Shown: positions 58,816-64,000 of the stretch, piece after piece | Position numbering within the stretch: position 1 is the stretch's first letter | Layout: each line of letters starts with the position of its first letter | IMG/VR virus record: IMGVR_UViG_3300018916_000001 | Location: 1-64,000 of that record | Direction: 5' to 3' (one strand) | From: a virus | DNA length: 64,000 bases | The notes under the pieces: generated by a model | Seen by the model: the letters and a program-made list of their open reading frames with translations, nothing else | Told to the model about the DNA's origin: nothing | The model's database searches: none | Translations under genes and position numbers: made by a program

Positions 58816-59298
58816 ATGATTTATTTCGGGATGAATAGTATAAGTCTTAGAGCTGTTACAAAACTATTTAATAAAAAAGATAAAGATAAGGATAAAAACT
58901 TTAAATCTAAAAAAATGTTAATACCCAAAAAAGTTCTCTATAATTTTGACTTTACTAATAATATTGAATTTGGCAGAAATAAAGGTTCTAAAGATAAAAG
59001 AAAGAGAATAGTTAAAAATAATTCTAGTGCAGAAGGTCAAGCACCCTTACTTCCTATAGGTCAAGAACGTACTGGTCATAAATATTATCAGAAACGTAGA
59101 GCATTAGCTTATGTAGGAGGTGCAACTCTTGGCGGAGGAATTATAGGTGGTCTTATTGGTGGAAAATTTAGAACTAATAAAGCTGTTAATACAGGTATTC
59201 TATTAGGTAGCGTTTTAACAGGAGGTAGCGTTTTACTAGATCATGCAAAAAATAAATATAGCCCATTTTATCAAAAAAACTTATTTAAAAAGAAATAA
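58816..59298 (+). CDS. leader plus glycine-zipper protein
   Basis: NIEF-GRNKGSKDKRKR; GGATLGGGIIGGLIGG. Confidence 0.7.
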   Translation: MIYFGMNSISLRAVTKLFNKKDKDKDKNFKSKKMLIPKKVLYNFDFTNNIEFGRNKGSKDKRKRIVKNNSSAEGQAPLLPIGQERTGHKYYQKRRALAYVGGATLGGGIIGGLIGGKFRTNKAVNTGILLGSVLTGGSVLLDHAKNKYSPFYQKNLFKKK

Positions 59299-59300
59299 TT

Positions 59301-60065
59301 ATGACTAAGACTAAACTTAAGATTATTAATAGAACTCCATTAAAAAGTAGAGCTATACCATTTATTGAGTTACAACCACGTTATCTCTATTGGTTAGATA
59401 CTAATACTGAAATTGATGTAGAAATTATACGAGAGAAAGACGCTCATTATGAAGTTAAGCTATATACTAACTTTCCTGATTCACCTGTAGGTATTAGAAC
59501 TTGGTTTATCTATAAGGAACACGTAGAAGTAATAGAAGACAAAAAGAAATCTAGTAAGAATATACTTAAGACTGATTATTATTATCAACTAGACAATAAT
59601 TATCATCCTTATACATCTTGCTTTTTAACTTGTGTAGCAATGCTCTTATCTTTCTATAAGGTGAAGGTAACGCCAGATGAACTATATAATAAATGTCTAG
59701 ATTTAGGATACGACAGGTTTTCTCACCAAGATATTGTAGCTATCCTTAAAATCTATGGAGTTAATTATTATGCTACTACTTCTGGTACTTTTGAAGAGTT
59801 AAAAAAAGTATTACAAACTGCTCCAGTAATTATTGGTACTTATCTCACTGAAGCTAGTCATATTGTATTAGCAGTTGGCTATGATGACTCTGCTTATGAT
59901 GGGCGAGGTGCAATTATAGCTAACGATCCTTATGGAGAATTTACTCATAACGGTTATATACATACTCCTACAGCAGGGAAAGGTACTTTATACTCTTATT
60001 CTCTAATGGCTCAGGTAGCTGCACCAGAAGGTAATGGAAATTATTGGTTACATTTACCGGAATAA
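59301..60065 (+). CDS. C39-like (papain-fold) peptidase, probable endolysin
   Basis: YYQLDN...SCFLTCVAMLL...SHIVLAVGYD...NDPYG; N-terminal SH3-like segment; followed by a holin-like gene. Confidence 0.75.
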   Translation: MTKTKLKIINRTPLKSRAIPFIELQPRYLYWLDTNTEIDVEIIREKDAHYEVKLYTNFPDSPVGIRTWFIYKEHVEVIEDKKKSSKNILKTDYYYQLDNNYHPYTSCFLTCVAMLLSFYKVKVTPDELYNKCLDLGYDRFSHQDIVAILKIYGVNYYATTSGTFEELKKVLQTAPVIIGTYLTEASHIVLAVGYDDSAYDGRGAIIANDPYGEFTHNGYIHTPTAGKGTLYSYSLMAQVAAPEGNGNYWLHLPE

Positions 60066-60357
60066 AACAATGAAACACAAAATGAAGCGTTCTCTATATT
60101 TCACTAAAACATTTTTATTTTCTCTTTTACTTTATTTATCTGTTATCTATACTCCATTAATTAACTTCGCTTATGAACATAAATTGAGTAGAGGAGATTT
60201 AGAAGCTATAGTTATAGGTACTTTTAGTTTCTTAGGAGTTAGTAATGGTAGGTTGAGAGTTAACGAAGATATTAGAAAAAGTGCTGAAACGGGAGAACCT
60301 GTAGGATTACTTACAACTAAAGTAGTTCCTAGTAAGAGAAAAGAAGAAGAGGTATAA
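60034..60357 (+). CDS. holin-like membrane protein
   Basis: Two hydrophobic segments and a charged C-terminus; next to the peptidase. Confidence 0.55.
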   Translation: MEIIGYIYRNKTMKHKMKRSLYFTKTFLFSLLLYLSVIYTPLINFAYEHKLSRGDLEAIVIGTFSFLGVSNGRLRVNEDIRKSAETGEPVGLLTTKVVPSKRKEEEV

Positions 60358-60361
60358 GTTA

Positions 60362-61906
60362 ATGGTTATATTTAGTCTATTACTTGAAAAAGTTGAAGAT
60401 GATTATTACTATCGATATATTAGCGACAACATTACTTATTACATACCTTCATACAAAACTGATAGACTGAATAAACCTATTAGCGAATTTGAGTCTTTTG
60501 AAGATTATACAAGCATCTCTGAATTTTTAAATAGAGTATATAACGAAAATGAGTATAGCGAAGATTATGTAGTAAAAGAAGCTAAAGATACAAAAGAAAT
60601 ATCTATAACAATAATGGGGTATAAATATAAAAACTTCATTGTTCTTATAGGAAGTCAAAAATCAGATATTTTACTAGAAGAAACTTTATTTAAAGAAGAC
60701 TATATATTTCTAGTTAGATGGGTAGGTAATAAAGAAGATTTAATAGATGATATATCAGATAATGTAGTTAATCTTTTAGGATATAGCAAACAAGAAATAC
60801 TATCTAAACCTTATATAGATTTTTTACATCCTGATGATATTGACTTATTTAATCAAGAGTTAACTGAACATATAAAAGAAAATACTGCTTCTTTCTATCA
60901 AAGATATAGATTATTAGCTAAATCTGGAAAAGCTATCACTATTCTCGATCATTCATGTCAGATCTTTAAAGGAAATACTAAGACTATCATTGGTTATCTA
61001 AGAGATATCACTGTAGAAACTCAAATCTCTACTCAATTGAAAGAACTTATTAACTTAGATGAAGAAGATTTTAATAGTAGTCTTCTAATTAAGATTGAAT
61101 GGGATTCTGAATATCGAATAGTTCGTTGGAATACTGAAGCTCAAGATTTAATTGGTTGGGGTCACGAAATTCTTGGTAAAAGTATTAGAGAACTCAACTT
61201 ATTTTCTGATGCAGATTCTATTAAGATGCAAGGTCAATTTAAAAGATTATTTGCAAGAGAAGTAGATAACGTAATTAGTAGTTTTAGAATTCAAAAGAAA
61301 GAAGGAGGATTTATAGATACTAAATGGTCTAATCGTTTAATTACTAGAGAAGGTAAATTGAGAGTTGTATCTTCCGTCATAGATAAAAGTCAAGAAACTC
61401 TATTAACTACTCGCTTAGATGAGATGGAAGGTCGTTCTGACTTACTTCTAAAAACTCTAGAAAATACTCATTTATCTAATGATGTCTTTACTAAATTAAT
61501 GCACAATCCTCTCACTGGAAATCCTGAAGGACTTATTAAAGCTGAGATTATCATTAGAAAATTAGAAGAAGAGATTACTAGATTGAATAATACGATTTTC
61601 TACAATAACGATAATAATTTGATGAGTGACATTGCTTTCTTAAAGAATGAGGAACGTGTACTAAAAGATAAAATTAATAAAGTAGAAGAAAGTAATAAAA
61701 AGTTATCTGAACAGTTAGATGATTTATTAAACGTAAATATATTAACTCTATTTAAGAATTTAGATTTTAAAAAAGTTGTAGCAATAATTATATCGGGTTA
61801 TTTAATATTCGGTCAGTTTGTACCTGCTCTATATCCAAGATTAGTTAAACCTTTATTCCAAGAATATAATCGAGAAATGAAAGAGATTGAAGGTGATAAA
61901 AAATAA
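60362..61906 (+). CDS. PAS-PAS-coiled-coil-TM protein
   Basis: ISDNV..LLGYS..E...FLHPDD...YRL..KSG...GYLRDIT; IVRWN..A..LIGW..EILGK...IDKS; C-terminal TM; no kinase domain. Confidence 0.8.
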   Translation: MVIFSLLLEKVEDDYYYRYISDNITYYIPSYKTDRLNKPISEFESFEDYTSISEFLNRVYNENEYSEDYVVKEAKDTKEISITIMGYKYKNFIVLIGSQKSDILLEETLFKEDYIFLVRWVGNKEDLIDDISDNVVNLLGYSKQEILSKPYIDFLHPDDIDLFNQELTEHIKENTASFYQRYRLLAKSGKAITILDHSCQIFKGNTKTIIGYLRDITVETQISTQLKELINLDEEDFNSSLLIKIEWDSEYRIVRWNTEAQDLIGWGHEILGKSIRELNLFSDADSIKMQGQFKRLFAREVDNVISSFRIQKKEGGFIDTKWSNRLITREGKLRVVSSVIDKSQETLLTTRLDEMEGRSDLLLKTLENTHLSNDVFTKLMHNPLTGNPEGLIKAEIIIRKLEEEITRLNNTIFYNNDNNLMSDIAFLKNEERVLKDKINKVEESNKKLSEQLDDLLNVNILTLFKNLDFKKVVAIIISGYLIFGQFVPALYPRLVKPLFQEYNREMKEIEGDKK

Positions 61907-62121
61907 TGCAACTTAAATTTTTAGGTAATATAGAATTTAGTAAAACTAATGCTGAAGGTAGAAAACGTTATAAAAGAAAATCTAAAGTCAATAATCCAAA
62001 TAATGAACTTCTAATACGTAAAGATAGAAGAGATGGTTTCAAAACTAAAATTAAAACTGTAGAAGAAGGTAGAAAATGGATAAATACTTTCCTAAATTTA
62101 AAGAGATATTTTAATAATTAA
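61906..62121 (+). CDS. small basic protein with KFLGxIEF leader
   Basis: MQLKFLGNIEFSK... Confidence 0.65.
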   Translation: MQLKFLGNIEFSKTNAEGRKRYKRKSKVNNPNNELLIRKDRRDGFKTKIKTVEEGRKWINTFLNLKRYFNN

Positions 62122-62708
62122 TGTATAAATATATAACAATTGAGAAAATTCAGAGAAGTTTAGGTAGGAGAGCTAATGTATTTAGTAGTGATTTAATTCC
62201 TAGTGATAATGTATCTGTCATATCTAGCAATATAGATGTTGAATTAATACATGATTTAATAGTTAGAAATGAAACTCTTATAGATACGTATTTTGGAATG
62301 ATTTATGTTCTTCCTATAGATATTAGAGATATTCCACTTATCGAACCTATATTAGAAGGTTTTGTTATTAATGATTTAATGATGAGAGTTTATGACCAAG
62401 GAATGATTGCTTCTCTAGGTGGAGATGGAGGATTTGGTTCTACTATATATCAAAAAGCTAAAGAATTACTTAAAGGATATTTTATTGGTACGGGCATTTA
62501 TATACCAGGAATATCAGCACCAGAAGATAATGGATATGGAAAAGAAGCTTATCCTTTACTTCTACCTTATACACCTCAATTAACTAATAGAAGAGATAAT
62601 ATTACTAGGAACTATACAGTAATAGGAACTTATCAAAATAATAGAAGAAATATGGAATTTGATTTTCAAGATAATAGAAGATATTTAGGAGTTGAAAGAC
62701 CATTTTAA
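62121..62708 (+). CDS. head-tail adaptor (Mu gp36/DUF1320-like)
   Basis: MYKYITIE.I...ID.YFG.IY.LP...Y..A.ELLK pattern. Confidence 0.6.
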   Translation: MYKYITIEKIQRSLGRRANVFSSDLIPSDNVSVISSNIDVELIHDLIVRNETLIDTYFGMIYVLPIDIRDIPLIEPILEGFVINDLMMRVYDQGMIASLGGDGGFGSTIYQKAKELLKGYFIGTGIYIPGISAPEDNGYGKEAYPLLLPYTPQLTNRRDNITRNYTVIGTYQNNRRNMEFDFQDNRRYLGVERPF

Positions 62709-62733
62709 TTTACTCATTTAAATAATATAAACT

Positions 62734-63042
62734 ATGAAATTTTTAGGTCAAATAGAATTTAGTAAAAAAGTAAAGAAAAGTCAAATGTGGAGTCCTGAAG
62801 TAGCTAAGACTAATCTAGCTATTACTACAGGTTTAGGTGGAGGTATTGGGTATCTAGAAGGAATGAAATCAAATTCTAGAAAAGGAATGCTAACTAATAA
62901 TCCCGTTAGAGCTATTAGTGGTAAAGGTTGGAAACGTAAACTTGTAGGAGCAACATTAGGTGCAGGATTATCTGCTGGAGTGGGTTATGCAATTTATAAA
63001 AACAACCCGTATAGTCCTATAGGTAAAAAGAAAAATAAGTAA
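62734..63042 (+). CDS. leader plus glycine-zipper protein
   Basis: MKFLGQIEFSK; GATLGAGLSAGVG. Confidence 0.7.
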   Translation: MKFLGQIEFSKKVKKSQMWSPEVAKTNLAITTGLGGGIGYLEGMKSNSRKGMLTNNPVRAISGKGWKRKLVGATLGAGLSAGVGYAIYKNNPYSPIGKKKNK

Positions 63043-63377
63043 TGATACGATTTCTAGGTCAATACACGGAATTTTCAAACTCTTTTACTAAGAATATGAT
63101 TAGAGAAAATGACAGATCTCTAACAAATGTTAATGGTAAGAAAGTAAATCTAAGTCACTTAGGTCTAATGAGTGCGTTAGGTGCTTATGGTGGATATGAG
63201 TCTGGCAAACTAGGTAATATGTTAAAAACCAAAAAGAATATAGCTGGTAAAGGTCTTAAAGCTAAGGTAATAGGTACTGCTCTAGGAACTGGATTAACTG
63301 GTGGGCTTAGCTATTATTTACAAACTAGAGATAGAGATGGACGTTCAGATAAAGGTAAAAAGAGGATTAATAAATGA
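63042..63377 (+). CDS. leader plus glycine-zipper protein (paralog of 62734..63042)
   Basis: MIRFLGQYTEFSN; GTALGTGLTGGL; C-terminal GRSDKGKKR. Confidence 0.7.
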   Translation: MIRFLGQYTEFSNSFTKNMIRENDRSLTNVNGKKVNLSHLGLMSALGAYGGYESGKLGNMLKTKKNIAGKGLKAKVIGTALGTGLTGGLSYYLQTRDRDGRSDKGKKRINK

Positions 63378-63865
63378 GTAGTATATATTTTGTTGGCTCT
63401 ACTAATACTGAATATGGTAGAGGAAAAGATAAAACTAAACGTAAAAGCCGTATTGGAAAGATTACTGGTGCTGCGGGTGGCCTAGCTACAGGTTTATTAG
63501 CTGGAAAAACCTTAACCAGTGGAGCAGTAGGAGCTTTAGCTGGTGCAGGAGCAGGAATGTTAGTAGATAAAGACATAGACAGAGAGAAGAAAAGATTTGA
63601 AAAAACAAAACGACCTCTTAGTTTGAATGGGAAAGTTAATAATGACTTTATTAGTGGAACAAAAGCTTTAGGTACTACTGGAGTGGGTTTAGGTGGATTA
63701 GGTGGTGGACTTATAGGTAAAGGTCTAAAAAATAAAGCTAAGTTAGCATTGATGGGGGCCGCTCTTGGAGGTGTTGGAGGAGCTGGAATTGGTGGATTAG
63801 GAGGAATAGCGAGTGGAGCAATCAGAGCTAAACTACAACCCAATAGTAAGAAAAAGAAAAAATAA
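63374..63865 (+). CDS. leader plus RGKDK glycine-zipper protein
   Basis: MSSIYFVGSTNTEY-GRGKDKTKRKSR; four Gly-zipper segments. Confidence 0.7.
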   Translation: MSSIYFVGSTNTEYGRGKDKTKRKSRIGKITGAAGGLATGLLAGKTLTSGAVGALAGAGAGMLVDKDIDREKKRFEKTKRPLSLNGKVNNDFISGTKALGTTGVGLGGLGGGLIGKGLKNKAKLALMGAALGGVGGAGIGGLGGIASGAIRAKLQPNSKKKKK

Positions 63866-64000
63866 TGAATATAGGTCGTGGTAAAGACAAGAAGAAAAGA
63901 AAAAGTAGATTACTACAACTAGGTACTAAAGCTTTAGCTGTTATAACTGCGGGAAATCCTATAGACCGAGAAACTGTTAGATATAATAAGCAAGGCCCTA
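63865..64000 (+). CDS. RGKDK-family protein (truncated by the window end)
   Basis: MNIGRGKDKKKRKSRLLQLG..., TAATG coupling. Confidence 0.6.
   Translation, partial: MNIGRGKDKKKRKSRLLQLGTKALAVITAGNPIDRETVRYNKQGP

Noticed and set aside
2428-63843. Antisense ORFs (e.g. 2428, 3706, 4780, 10493, 12696, 20288, 21527, 22245, 24285, 26028, 33530, 42264, 43806, 48977, 63367)
   Set aside because: They lie opposite better-supported genes or RNA elements and have shadow-like composition
52480-63865. Bacteriocin cluster processed by the C39-like peptidase
   Set aside because: No double-glycine leaders or ABC exporter; the peptidase sits with a holin-like gene; a virion role fits the context better, though this is not excluded
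1-64000. Stop-codon reassignment (code 15 or 4)
   Set aside because: Standard-code ORFs tile the window densely and TAG and TGA both end genes normally
1-64000. CRISPR array, integrase, reverse transcriptase or portal gene
   Set aside because: No regularly spaced identical repeats and no such motifs seen; the portal presumably lies outside the window

Overview
An AT-rich segment of a large tailed-phage (Caudoviricetes) genome with no rRNA, CRISPR array or host housekeeping genes. A cyanobacterial host is plausible but only inferred. 1-25.4 kb is a leftward, probably early, region: GIY-YIG endonuclease, dNMP kinase, LRR protein, AAA ATPase, MoxR/RavA-like AAA plus vWA pair, methyltransferase, HicB-like repeat proteins and many hypotheticals. 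It starts at a sigma70-type promoter near 25.46 kb. 25.7-45.6 kb holds a likely small terminase, several expanded paralog families, Nudix, an SF2-helicase-like gene, MazG-like, ClpP-like and metallophosphoesterase genes. 45.6-64 kb is a rightward morphogenesis and lysis region: TerL, MuF-type head protein, prohead protease, scaffold, decoration protein, major capsid, C39-like peptidase, holin, PAS protein and head-tail adaptor. Main observations: (1) five shrunken tRNA-like elements (acceptor stem plus T-arm, 46-74 nt) between early genes, downstream of a ~420-nt nested structured non-coding RNA; (2) a family of Lys-rich glycine-zipper proteins with a shared short N-terminal leader ending in (I/T)E(F/Y), resembling a capsid-targeting and protease-cleavage signal; (3) a helicase-like gene bracketed by ~55-60-bp inverted repeats; (4) arrays of HicB-like domains with no HicA partner; (5) an orphan PAS-PAS-coiled-coil-TM protein inside the lysis cassette. 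All family assignments come from motif recognition by eye, not database searches.
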